A program made the position numbers and the translations under genes. 43,329 nt of DNA from a virus, in the UHGV virus genome UHGV-1380059; one strand, 5' to 3'. The notes under the pieces were generated by a model. It was not told the DNA's origin. It did no database searches and saw only the letters and a program-made list of their open reading frames with translations. This document shows, one piece after another, positions 1-8,053 of this stretch. Position 1 is the first letter of the stretch. Every line of letters begins with the position of its first letter.

Positions 1-1234
1 TCTTTTTTTCAATTTGTGTATCTGGAATAATGTGGATAAAATTAGGTGTACGCTCCTGTCCAAATCTATCAACTCTGGCTTTTGCCTGAATATAGTCTGT
101 GGAACTTAGAGGCATAGAATTGAATACGCATACACTAGCTATTTTCAAGCTATTAATGCCTGTGCTAGCACTCTTATATTGAGCCAAAACCACTCCATTG
201 TCATAGTCTTTGAAATTAGTCAAATCTTTATTCGTTCCGTTATAACTACTATATGGTCTTTTTAGTTTATTCAACAATTCTGAAATCATATAAAACTCTG
301 CGTTGTAATTATAAAATATGACAATTCTTTCACCACTGTACTCTTCTAATACTGCTTGTAAACGCTCAAATGGTTCTTTAGACACCTGTTTGTGTACACC
401 TTTAAGAAAACCATGTGATACTTGACGTAATGCGTTAAATAATTTACTACTATTGTCTAGCTCAATAATATTATCTAGGTCGTCTTTGTACATTCTAACT
501 TTCTTTAATTTATTATAAAACGCAGGTTTTTTGGTCTTATAATAAAAATCTTGTGGCATATATGGCTTATCACGTTCATACCTAACACTCACTTCATCAA
601 TCATTTGCTTCAATAAGTGTTCATTGCGATATCCAATTATCTGCATGAATCTAGCTGACCCCATCTGTTGCATACGTTCAGTTACGAATAACTCATAGAA
701 CTCTTTTTTTGGCTTGCGGAACACATTTAACATGTGGAGTTGACTATAATAGTTTTCTAGTTTTCCGTTTGCTACTGGTGTTGCAGTTAATAATCTAACA
801 TGGGTGGTCTTTTTACATAAATTCATCATGAACTTAGTCACTTTTGATGTGGGTACTGACACTTTATGACTCTCATCAATTAAAATATAAGTAGCGTTGT
901 TAACCCATTTTGTCAATTCAGTTAAGCGCCAACTACTTTCAAAACTGATTGCAACTCTATCTGATTCAGCTAACAACTCTTTATTTTTAGTAGTTCCTTT
1001 GTTTAAAGGAGTAATTGTAATTCCCATTAATTGACCATCTTCTGCAAAGTCAGATACTTTTGGTGCTAAGCAGACTACTAATAATTTACTACATCCACTT
1101 TTCAAATAAGCTCCTAATGCTGAGTACGTTTTTCCAGTTCCAGCGGACGATAAGTCAAAATTCTTTTTATCAGATAATTCAATAGCTTCCACTTGATGTG
1201 GAAGAAGCTCTACTTTACCTATTTTATTTTGCAT
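1..1234 (-). CDS. SNF2-family DEAD/DEAH helicase; first 411 codons, and the ORF runs off the window start
   Basis: ATG at 1234 (minus strand) preceded by GGAGG. Walker A 'SSAGTGKTYSA', DExH 'LIDESHKV' and motif VI 'QAKARVDRFGQ' read directly from the translation. No stop before position 1. Confidence 0.8.
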   Translation of the reverse strand, partial: MQNKIGKVELLPHQVEAIELSDKKNFDLSSAGTGKTYSALGAYLKSGCSKLLVVCLAPKVSDFAEDGQLMGITITPLNKGTTKNKELLAESDRVAISFESSWRLTELTKWVNNATYILIDESHKVSVPTSKVTKFMMNLCKKTTHVRLLTATPVANGKLENYYSQLHMLNVFRKPKKEFYELFVTERMQQMGSARFMQIIGYRNEHLLKQMIDEVSVRYERDKPYMPQDFYYKTKKPAFYNKLKKVRMYKDDLDNIIELDNSSKLFNALRQVSHGFLKGVHKQVSKEPFERLQAVLEEYSGERIVIFYNYNAEFYMISELLNKLKRPYSSYNGTNKDLTNFKDYDNGVVLAQYKSASTGINSLKIASVCVFNSMPLSSTDYIQAKARVDRFGQERTPNFIHIIPDTQIEKK

Positions 1235-1264
1235 ATTCAAAAATGTAACCTCCTGTTTGTTTAA

Positions 1265-1414
1265 TCATGCTTCATATACCTCCGTAATCTCTTCTAATTC
1301 TAGCGTATTATGAGCGTAATCCACAGCGTCAAAAAGCGTTAGTGCTGGTATTCGTATTTGATGACTAGTTTTCTCAACATGCCTTCCATCATAGCTCGTC
1401 TTTTCATACGTCAT
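1265..1414 (-). CDS. hypothetical small protein (49 aa)
   Basis: Manually read ORF 'MTYEKTSYDGRHVEK...' between the helicase and the next gene; weak RBS. Confidence 0.3.
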   Translation of the reverse strand: MTYEKTSYDGRHVEKTSHQIRIPALTLFDAVDYAHNTLELEEITEVYEA

Positions 1415-1424
1415 TAAATATTCT

Positions 1425-1613
1425 TTAATCAAAATGAATCACCGCCGTTATCATATCATTTGGGTTTACATAAAGTTTTGATATTTTCATTGTATTAATC
1501 TCACTTAGATAATAATATTGATAAAGTTCTTTTCCATAAAAACCATTCCTATTTATTTCAATAACCACCTCATCAATATCCACACAATTTAAAAAGTCTC
1601 GTAAATTAATCAT
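1425..1613 (-). CDS. hypothetical protein (62 aa; start moved to MINLRDF)
   Basis: ORF track 1425..1682; the internal ATG at 1613 has GGAGGAG 7 nt upstream and avoids a long overlap with the upstream gene. Confidence 0.45.
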   Translation of the reverse strand: MINLRDFLNCVDIDEVVIEINRNGFYGKELYQYYYLSEINTMKISKLYVNPNDMITAVIHFD

Positions 1614-1956
1614 ACTCAATCTCCTCCACTTTAATTTCTGGTAATTCTGGTTGTTTGTATTGTCTTTCAATACCATTGTCAATACATGATAATAAAACCA
1701 TCAGTTCTTGAAGTGTATCTCGTAAAATCAATCCAAATCCGCCAGCGTCACGTACTTTCTGCAGATAGCTTACTTGTAATGGATCTGGCTGATAGTTACC
1801 TACTTTTAATTCTAAGCTAATCCAGTAGCCTTTATAGCAACATTCCACATCACTTCTGCCCACTTTATCAAACATGTTTGCGGTGTTTACGTTGACTAAT
1901 GCGCCTTTTTCTTTCAAATATTTTACCACTTCTTTACTAAACTGTGATTCCTTCAT
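1606..1956 (-). CDS. VRR-NUC-like PD-(D/E)xK nuclease
   Basis: Pattern 'GRSDVEC...GYWISLELKVGNYQPDPLQ...W...L...GG..LI' fits VRR-NUC. It sits directly upstream of the SNF2 helicase, a common pairing. Confidence 0.55.
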   Translation of the reverse strand: MKESQFSKEVVKYLKEKGALVNVNTANMFDKVGRSDVECCYKGYWISLELKVGNYQPDPLQVSYLQKVRDAGGFGLILRDTLQELMVLLSCIDNGIERQYKQPELPEIKVEEIEYD

Positions 1957-2152
1957 CGGTTTCCTCCTCTAATTCTATTAGTAAATATCCACTCATGATA
2001 TCAAACGAAATCAGTCTTCTATTTCCAAACTTAGCACCACATGATAATACATCGTAAAGACCATCGTATTTATCACTTGATTCCTCATATACACCTATTC
2101 TCATGTTGTCTGGTATAGCGTAACTTAAAAATGCACCTACTGTTAACATCAT
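1937..2152 (-). CDS. hypothetical protein (71 aa)
   Basis: ORF track; compact minus-strand operon. Confidence 0.45.
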   Translation of the reverse strand: MMLTVGAFLSYAIPDNMRIGVYEESSDKYDGLYDVLSCGAKFGNRRLISFDIMSGYLLIELEEETDEGITV

Positions 2153-2364
2153 TCTTCATCCCAATTTATAATGTTAGTTGTAATGGCGTCTTCTAAGTAG
2201 CGTTTTACACGTTGTGCCTCTTTTAGAGTTAGCGCTACAACAGCATTATCTTCATAATTGTCTATTACTCTAATATAAATATAACGATCATTAGTACACG
2301 TTGAAACCCGTACTTTATCATCAATTATTGTGGTTAGTTCTTTTGTGTAATTCAATTTATCCAT
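2149..2364 (-). CDS. hypothetical protein (71 aa)
   Basis: ORF track; 4-nt overlap with the downstream gene. Confidence 0.45.
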   Translation of the reverse strand: MDKLNYTKELTTIIDDKVRVSTCTNDRYIYIRVIDNYEDNAVVALTLKEAQRVKRYLEDAITTNIINWDEE

Positions 2365-2365
2365 C

Positions 2366-2548
2366 TTAAATCACCTTCACTATTCTAACTTGTTTTAGTG
2401 TATATCCTCGTAATTTATAATGTTGAGCCAGCTTCTTTATGCTATATACATCTATAGGTACATCGTACATATCCCTTACCCATTCTCCTTTATCGTTCAA
2501 TACTTCTATGGCATACGTGTGCTCTGAATGTCTACCAACAGTATACAT
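2366..2548 (-). CDS. hypothetical protein (60 aa)
   Basis: ORF track; RBS GAAGGAGGA upstream. Confidence 0.45.
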   Translation of the reverse strand: MYTVGRHSEHTYAIEVLNDKGEWVRDMYDVPIDVYSIKKLAQHYKLRGYTLKQVRIVKVI

Positions 2549-2549
2549 C

Positions 2550-2642
2550 TTAATATCCTCCTTCTTCTAACCAGTGTATAAGTACTCCAGCTCCGTAAAT
2601 TACTACTCCAATAAATAATAACCCCATCATCATAAATGTCAT
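2550..2642 (-). CDS. possible 30-aa hydrophobic peptide
   Basis: Manually read 'MTFMMMGLLFIGVVIYGAGVLIHWLEEGGY' with GAGGGAGGA upstream; its stop abuts the next start. Confidence 0.3.
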   Translation of the reverse strand: MTFMMMGLLFIGVVIYGAGVLIHWLEEGGY

Positions 2643-2727
2643 TTTTAATTCCTCCCTCTCTATGAATTAATAATACCATGATAAAAAAAGAAAGTCAACA
2701 GATAATGTCAACTTTCTTTAAAAAATA

Positions 2728-2946
2728 TTAAAGTTTATCTGACCTTGTGATTGATACAATATTGTTAACATTCATCATGACATAATATTTATATGTTCCC
2801 ATTCCCACTAGGTCTTTTTCGTGTTCAATAAACATTGTTGCTTCTCCTAAATTTATTGTACGTGCAAATGCTTCAATCAAATCTTCCTCAGTTTCTACTA
2901 CAAATGGTTCTGTTGAATTAGTTGTGTAAATTAAATATTTATTCAT
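2728..2946 (-). CDS. hypothetical protein (72 aa)
   Basis: ORF track; RBS GGAGGAATAGG. Confidence 0.5.
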   Translation of the reverse strand: MNKYLIYTTNSTEPFVVETEEDLIEAFARTINLGEATMFIEHEKDLVGMGTYKYYVMMNVNNIVSITRSDKL

Positions 2947-2957
2947 TCCTATTCCTC

Positions 2958-4544
2958 CTACTGGATATCGTTAAAAATGTTCACGTACTCTGTCCCTGCT
3001 AATGCGTTCATTAAATATGGTCTGATCGACTCATTGTCTCCATTGCGTGCAATCTTTAGACCAGTGAGTACACGTGCTTTACTTGTCCGTTTTTCTTCAA
3101 AACCTTGTTTAAGTAATAATTCTTTCATGGTACGCCAGTTCATTGATTTATTAATATTATTCTCTTTCGTGTACACATTAAAAATATTCTTCAATAGTGT
3201 TAGGTTAACAGTGCCTTCTTCATCCTCTACAATTACAGGTACTTCACTCAAAAACTCTTTAGATGGGTCATTTGATTCAATGTAAGCTTTCTTGAATGCA
3301 ATCATATCTTCTGTTTCTGTGAATGGGTTTTCACCATTTGTGCCTGCGTCTAAAATCTTTTTGAACTGTTGAATACAGAACCATGCAAACTTACCTAACT
3401 GCTCTTTTGACTCCCGTTCTTCACGTTGTTTGTTAAACTCATTAATGCGCTCACGTGCTTCTGGTGTGTCAAGATTGGTGTTGAAGTTTAGAATTAGAAT
3501 ACGTCTATACCATCCGTTTGTGCGGTCGTTAAAGGCTGGTAACTCATTCATGGAGAACATTAATTTCGCATAGTTGGTAAAACTAAATGCATCTTTTCCT
3601 TTTTTCTCTGCATGAACGGCATCAAGACCTCCTGAAAGTTTTTTCAGTGTCTCAGTACCCTTCACAAAGTTGGCGCTTGAATCCGCTTCAAAGTTCAGTA
3701 ATTTATGGTGTAATGAAGCTTTGTCAAAACGATTGTTTTTATCTGCTAAGCTGTCTAGACCAACTGCTGAGCTATTTTTGAACCCAATTAATTTGTTCAT
3801 AATAAAACCACCTACATAAGACTTACCATTTGACCCATTACCTAAGAGGTATAAAATAGATTGATATTTGTACTCTCTATAATACATGTAACCAATGTAC
3901 TCATATAATGTCTGAGCTTGGTCTTTTAGTAGATAGTCAATCCATTGTTTAGCTAGTAATTCATCTGTCTCATCTGTTTTAATTAACGGATAAGGTAGTT
4001 GAAGGGTATGATAATCTTCTAACCTAGTCTCTCTAATGTCATTTGTCTTAAAGTCATATGTCCCATTTTCAAAGGCAATAATGTTTGGGTTAGGGTTGTC
4101 ACCTAGTGGTGCATGTTCTCCACGTGTCATGGAGCGATTAGCTAACTCAGGAGCTAATTTCTTCATTTCTTTGCGAATTTCATTCCCAAACTCTGGGTTT
4201 CTAAATTGTGGTGTAAATTTTGGCGCTAAAATATTTTCAAAGTACCAATCTGAATATTTGTAACTACCTAGGTTTACCTCAGACCAGATACGTGTGTCTG
4301 CGTTGTAGACGTATGGAGCGTTTAAATTAGGGTGGGCGTACACATAGGCTAGCTGGTTAAATTTATCAATAAATAATTCCTGTTGAATCTCAAATTTGGC
4401 TTGAGTGCCGTCTTTGCCACCGTAGTACATTCTTCCTACTTCTGAATTGAAGTCCACAAATTCCTCACTTGGAAAGTTTTTATTTGAAACAGGTAGTAAT
4501 TCCTCAACTGGTGCTGAATAATCTATTTTCTTTAGTTCATTCAT
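2958..4544 (-). CDS. DNA primase/helicase, D5/P4-type SF3 NTPase domain
   Basis: Walker A 'LLGNGSNGKS', Walker B 'LLNFEADSS', and a long D5_N-like N-terminal region; 528 aa. Confidence 0.75.
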   Translation of the reverse strand: MNELKKIDYSAPVEELLPVSNKNFPSEEFVDFNSEVGRMYYGGKDGTQAKFEIQQELFIDKFNQLAYVYAHPNLNAPYVYNADTRIWSEVNLGSYKYSDWYFENILAPKFTPQFRNPEFGNEIRKEMKKLAPELANRSMTRGEHAPLGDNPNPNIIAFENGTYDFKTNDIRETRLEDYHTLQLPYPLIKTDETDELLAKQWIDYLLKDQAQTLYEYIGYMYYREYKYQSILYLLGNGSNGKSYVGGFIMNKLIGFKNSSAVGLDSLADKNNRFDKASLHHKLLNFEADSSANFVKGTETLKKLSGGLDAVHAEKKGKDAFSFTNYAKLMFSMNELPAFNDRTNGWYRRILILNFNTNLDTPEARERINEFNKQREERESKEQLGKFAWFCIQQFKKILDAGTNGENPFTETEDMIAFKKAYIESNDPSKEFLSEVPVIVEDEEGTVNLTLLKNIFNVYTKENNINKSMNWRTMKELLLKQGFEEKRTSKARVLTGLKIARNGDNESIRPYLMNALAGTEYVNIFNDIQ

Positions 4545-4576
4545 TCTTTTTTATCCTCCCTCATCTGATATGTACT

Positions 4577-4611
4577 AAGTATAGCACAAAATTTTCATTT
4601 GTGCTATACTT
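4577..4611 (-). promoter_or_regulatory. Putative promoter/operator upstream of the primase-helicase gene
   Basis: 14-bp perfect inverted repeat 'aagtatagcacaaa'-N9-'tttgtgctatactt'. The minus strand reads 'TGcTATACTTAGTACAT' (extended -10), then GGGAGG and the ATG at 4544. Confidence 0.45.
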
Positions 4612-4615
4612 TTGA

Positions 4616-4798
4616 CTAAAAATATTCAGCAATTGATTCCACTGAATCTTTCACGTCTAATTGAGTGCCGTCTGATATTATGACAATCGTGTATTCCCAA
4701 GCTTTGTTGTGATAGAATGCTGCAATGTGATTAATGTTTACATATACTGTGGTTTCATCAATTCTGGTTAAAGTGATTAGTTCATTCGTTTTATTCAT
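4616..4798 (-). CDS. hypothetical protein (60 aa; start moved to MNKTNE)
   Basis: ORF track 4616..4810; the ATG at 4798 has GAGGTG upstream. Confidence 0.45.
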   Translation of the reverse strand: MNKTNELITLTRIDETTVYVNINHIAAFYHNKAWEYTIVIISDGTQLDVKDSVESIAEYF

Positions 4799-4970
4799 AA
4801 TACACCTCAAATTCTAATATCTGTTCGTTTTGAATATATGTTTTTACTTGATTGGTATTATCCTCTAAAATTAAATAGTCATTACTAAACCAGTATTTAT
4901 CAACATAATTAATTTCAGTTACTTCTATACCTTCACCAGCATTATATTTTGTTACTACTATTTTAAACAT
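4791..4970 (-). CDS. hypothetical protein (59 aa)
   Basis: Manually read 'MFKIVVTKYNAGEGIEVTEINYVDKYWFSNDYLILEDNTNQVKTYIQNEQILEFEVYYE'; its stop overlaps the next ATG. Confidence 0.35.
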   Translation of the reverse strand: MFKIVVTKYNAGEGIEVTEINYVDKYWFSNDYLILEDNTNQVKTYIQNEQILEFEVYYE

Positions 4971-4988
4971 TAGTTTGTCATCCTCTCT

Positions 4989-5312
4989 TTATTTCGCAAA
5001 ATACCCTTTGATAAATGTCAAGCGTTGTGCGTCATTGTTATACATGTTATAGGCTCTGAGAATGACTTTATTAACGTCAAAGGCGGTATACGTGTGTTTC
5101 TCAGTGTCTGCTTTTGATTGTGTCTCTTTTACTTTAAATTGACAATCCTTTCTATTATTTAGATAATCAATTACCCATTTATCGTTATCATTATCAACTA
5201 AACAAAGTTCGTCATAGCTGTTTGATATTACCTTATACTCTTTTCCTGTCGTCCACCATGGTTTATCAGACTTTGTACAAACATATATTTGTCCTTCTTT
5301 TGCGTTCCACAT
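4989..5312 (-). CDS. hypothetical protein (107 aa)
   Basis: ORF track. Confidence 0.5.
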   Translation of the reverse strand: MWNAKEGQIYVCTKSDKPWWTTGKEYKVISNSYDELCLVDNDNDKWVIDYLNNRKDCQFKVKETQSKADTEKHTYTAFDVNKVILRAYNMYNNDAQRLTFIKGYFAK

Positions 5313-5378
5313 TTTTATTTCCTCCTCTGTTATGATTACACTACTAAATTTACGTTTTGTTAGTGTGATTAACCCCTT

Positions 5379-5561
5379 TTAAAATAATGTAGTCCAAACT
5401 AAACTAAACACAACACCAAAAATCACTATACTAAAGAATATTAACATTACAGCAGTTTCACCAAGTATATTTTTTAATATTTCTATGATAAAAGCTAGTA
5501 TAAAAACGCCAATGAATATTAAGATTGTGACCAGTAAACATTTTATAAGTTTAATTAGCAT
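5379..5561 (-). CDS. small membrane protein (60 aa, two hydrophobic helices)
   Basis: ORF track; sequence almost entirely hydrophobic. Confidence 0.45.
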   Translation of the reverse strand: MLIKLIKCLLVTILIFIGVFILAFIIEILKNILGETAVMLIFFSIVIFGVVFSLVWTTLF

Positions 5562-5572
5562 TGTTTCACCCC

Positions 5573-5734
5573 TTATTTTATTCTTACTGTAGCTTCTTTA
5601 CAGTCAATAATTTTATAGTGTTTCTTGGGATATGTTAACCTAAATTCGTTGATAGCGTCCCTCATTGTTTCAGCTAGGTAGGTCAACTGGTAGTTCTGAC
5701 CGTTACGCCTAGCCAGTATGACAAAAGTTGTCAT
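5573..5734 (-). CDS. hypothetical protein (53 aa)
   Basis: Manually read 'MTTFVILARRNGQNYQLTYLAETMRDAINEFRLTYPKKHYKIIDCKEATVRIK'; RBS GGAGGTGAAACA. Confidence 0.35.
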   Translation of the reverse strand: MTTFVILARRNGQNYQLTYLAETMRDAINEFRLTYPKKHYKIIDCKEATVRIK

Positions 5735-5747
5735 TGTTTCACCTCCG

Positions 5748-6038
5748 TTATAAAGACCATGCTCTGTGTTGTAATTTTAGAATAAACTCATTGTTTATAG
5801 GAACAACGCTAGTAACTTCCATATCTTTGAACTTTTCAATAAATTCAGATTTTGTGTAAGTTTGCTTCTCACCAAACACTTTAAATTTAGTGTGTTCAAA
5901 AAATGGTTGTAGTACAAATTGTACTGCGTGAAAATCATAATAAAATTCATTTTTAATATCTCTTATTCTATCACTCACAATCCAAGCAATTTCATGTTCA
6001 ATCTTTTGGGCTTGCTCATCTGTTAAATCGTAGTACAT
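5748..6038 (-). CDS. hypothetical protein (96 aa as annotated); probably the C-terminal part of a longer zinc-ribbon protein
   Basis: ORF track. There is no RBS before the MYYD start, and the upstream reading frame stays open and encodes CxxC-x16-CxxC. Confidence 0.5.
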   Translation of the reverse strand: MYYDLTDEQAQKIEHEIAWIVSDRIRDIKNEFYYDFHAVQFVLQPFFEHTKFKVFGEKQTYTKSEFIEKFKDMEVTSVVPINNEFILKLQHRAWSL

Positions 6039-6120
6039 TCCAGTTGGTGAGAGACAATCATCACATAAATGATTGTCTGGACGATAGTATGCGTTCCAAT
6101 ACTTAATTCCTTTGCATTTC

Positions 6121-6294
6121 TCACATTGTCCTTTTGTTGTGTGTCTGCCAATATCGTTGCGTTGTGTGACTCTGCATGCTGTCTGGTTCGTTCATTTTCA
6201 TCAATTGATCTATTGCCTTATCATGAGACTTAGAGAGTCGCTTGAACTCTCTAAGTTGTATTTTCATGATTTCTGTGTAGTACTTTGCTAACAT
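6121..6294 (-). CDS. hypothetical protein (57 aa); probably the N-terminal part of the zinc-ribbon protein
   Basis: RBS AAGGAG + ATG at 6294. Ends at a TGA immediately after an A4 run (forward T4 at 6132-6135) where a 1-nt change fuses it to the downstream ORF. Confidence 0.45.
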   Translation of the reverse strand: MLAKYYTEIMKIQLREFKRLSKSHDKAIDQLMKMNEPDSMQSHTTQRYWQTHNKRTM

Positions 6295-6524
6295 TCTAAC
6301 ATCTCCTTTATTTTGATGTAGTCAGCTCGTAACTCAGCTAGTACTTTTTCGTCATCTGTATTTACCCAGTTAAACATCTCGTCCATCTTTTCGTCTAGCC
6401 ATGCTGAAACTGTTTCAATATCTTCTTCTGTTTCAATGTCTGCCATTTCGTCTACGAAGTCGCTCGCTAGTTTGTCCATTTTCTTTTGTAGTTCGTTGTA
6501 TTTTTCATGTGTCATTGTTGTCAT
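6288..6524 (-). CDS. hypothetical acidic protein (78 aa)
   Basis: ORF track. Confidence 0.5.
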   Translation of the reverse strand: MTTMTHEKYNELQKKMDKLASDFVDEMADIETEEDIETVSAWLDEKMDEMFNWVNTDDEKVLAELRADYIKIKEMLEC

Positions 6525-6578
6525 TGTTTTTTCCTCCTCTTATTTATGAACTAATTATATCATGCATAGAAACCAGTG

Positions 6579-6740
6579 TCAACTGTGTTGTTGATAAATA
6601 TTATTATAAAAATCAATTATTTTAATATCACTTTGTGATTCAACAATTCTTCTACATTTATCTGGACACATTAGATATAACCCATAACTTATCCAGTTAT
6701 TATTTATTTTATAGAATACTTCTACTTGTCCCTCTCTCAT
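6579..6740 (-). CDS. hypothetical protein (53 aa; start moved to MREGQ)
   Basis: ORF track 6579..6770; the ATG at 6740 has GGAGGA upstream. Confidence 0.45.
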   Translation of the reverse strand: MREGQVEVFYKINNNWISYGLYLMCPDKCRRIVESQSDIKIIDFYNNIYQQHS

Positions 6741-6741
6741 G

Positions 6742-7008
6742 TTATTTTCCTCCGTTATTAAAATTGTCACGTGCTTTAATAGCTAGTGTTTGTAATTCTG
6801 CTACTAATTTATCAAATACATTCTCAATCTCAATAAATTGTTCTTCTGTAAGTTCACCAATTTTTAGTGAGTTTTCAATTAAGTCTTTGCGGTTATTCAT
6901 TAACCAAATAAATGTAGCTTCACAATCTAAGTAAGTTGTGTTGTCACGTTGTGCAAAAATTTCACTCAATTCTTGTGTATATTCTAAAATATCTTCTTTT
7001 GTAAACAT
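6742..7008 (-). CDS. hypothetical protein (88 aa), first gene of the leftward operon
   Basis: ORF track; RBS AGAGGAGGAATAAAAC. Confidence 0.5.
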   Translation of the reverse strand: MFTKEDILEYTQELSEIFAQRDNTTYLDCEATFIWLMNNRKDLIENSLKIGELTEEQFIEIENVFDKLVAELQTLAIKARDNFNNGGK

Positions 7009-7038
7009 GTTTTATTCCTCCTCTTTGTTTCTAAGTTA

Positions 7039-7070
7039 AGTATATTCTATTGAGAAACCATTGTCAATGG
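7039..7070 (-). promoter_or_regulatory. Leftward promoter TTGACA-N17-TATACT with its -35 inside the palindrome CCATTGACAATGG
   Basis: Minus strand reads 'TTGACAatggtttctcaatagaaTATACTtaacttagaaacaaagaggagg' then the ATG at 7008. Confidence 0.6.
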
Positions 7071-7082
7071 AAAAGATTAAAA

Positions 7083-7425
7083 ATGTCACTAATTTTGTGT
7101 TTTTGTCACTATATGACATAGAAATGACTTTTTCAAAATCGCTGTATCCCTTGATACTCTAGGGAAGAGACCAGTTTAGTGACAAAATGACAAAAAAAGT
7201 GCCATACTCTTTATATATAATATATAATATATGCTAATACGCATATTATTTACTTTTTTAGTATTAACTATAAAATATTTTGTCATTTTGTCATTATAAA
7301 AATAAGAATGTAGATATAACAAGGGTTACAGCGATTTTAGGTGTAAAAAGTAGTGACAAAACGATGACAAAAACAAGCCATTTAGTGACAAAATGACCAT
7401 TTTAGGCTGACTTTTTGTCACTAAT
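7083..7425. repeat. Iteron array (~20-bp unit 'TTAGTGACAAAATGAC') in both orientations flanking an AT-rich tract at 7201-7265
   Basis: Forward copies at 7176-7197, 7351-7372 and 7382-7401. Reverse copies at 7083-7094, 7101-7119, 7277-7296 and 7413-7425. 'tatatataatatataatatat' lies between them. Confidence 0.7.
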
Positions 7426-7462
7426 AACTGGTTTACTTAACCAACACAGTATCCCTTATCTA

Positions 7463-7471
7463 TGATATAAT
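7463..7471 (+). promoter_or_regulatory. Rightward promoter, extended -10 TGaTATAAT
   Basis: 'tatgatataat' 24 nt upstream of the first plus-strand ORF. Confidence 0.45.
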
Positions 7472-7494
7472 AGATACAAAGAGAAGGAGGAGAT

Positions 7495-7686
7495 ATGATG
7501 AAAGACACATTGACCACTATTTTATCAATCATATTAAGTCTTTTGATTATCATTGGTTTCGGTTACATTGCTATCTATTTAGGTATGAAGTTACCATATC
7601 AATTATTCCAGCAAGGTGATTGGGGATTTGCCATTGCACAACTGGTTATTGTATGGAGCTGGTTATTAGGAGGTAATGGTAAATGA
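7495..7686 (+). CDS. small membrane protein (63 aa)
   Basis: ORF track; RBS GAAGGAGGAG; hydrophobic. Confidence 0.5.
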   Translation: MMKDTLTTILSIILSLLIIIGFGYIAIYLGMKLPYQLFQQGDWGFAIAQLVIVWSWLLGGNGK

Positions 7687-7850
7687 AGACAGACAAACAA
7701 TTACTGGCACTCAATAAAACAGATTTATTAAAAGAGTATCGTAAACTAGAAGCATCTAAATCCAATAAAGAGCCAACCCTTGAAGAAGCTATTAAGATAG
7801 TAAAGAGTCATGATATGATTGTACGTAAGAAGCAAGACTACAACTTCTAG
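7683..7850 (+). CDS. hypothetical protein (55 aa)
   Basis: Manually read 'MKTDKQLLALNKTDLLKEYRKLEASKSNKEPTLEEAIKIVKSHDMIVRKKQDYNF'; its ATG overlaps the upstream TGA. Confidence 0.4.
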   Translation: MKTDKQLLALNKTDLLKEYRKLEASKSNKEPTLEEAIKIVKSHDMIVRKKQDYNF

Positions 7851-7855
7851 GAGGA

Positions 7856-8053
7856 ATGAGTATGGACGAACCAATCATTGAACCAACAAAGCTAACATTA
7901 GCAGAGATTGCTCGCTTAGTTGCTAGACGTGACGAACTGACAACTGGTCTCCCAATGTATGACGCTCAATATATGCAACATGCAGAAGCATATGCAAGAG
8001 TAATGAATGACTTATATGATATCAATAGTAAACTAAAGGAGGTGGGAATCTAA
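7856..8053 (+). CDS. hypothetical protein (65 aa)
   Basis: ORF track; RBS AGGAGG. Confidence 0.5.
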   Translation: MSMDEPIIEPTKLTLAEIARLVARRDELTTGLPMYDAQYMQHAEAYARVMNDLYDINSKLKEVGI

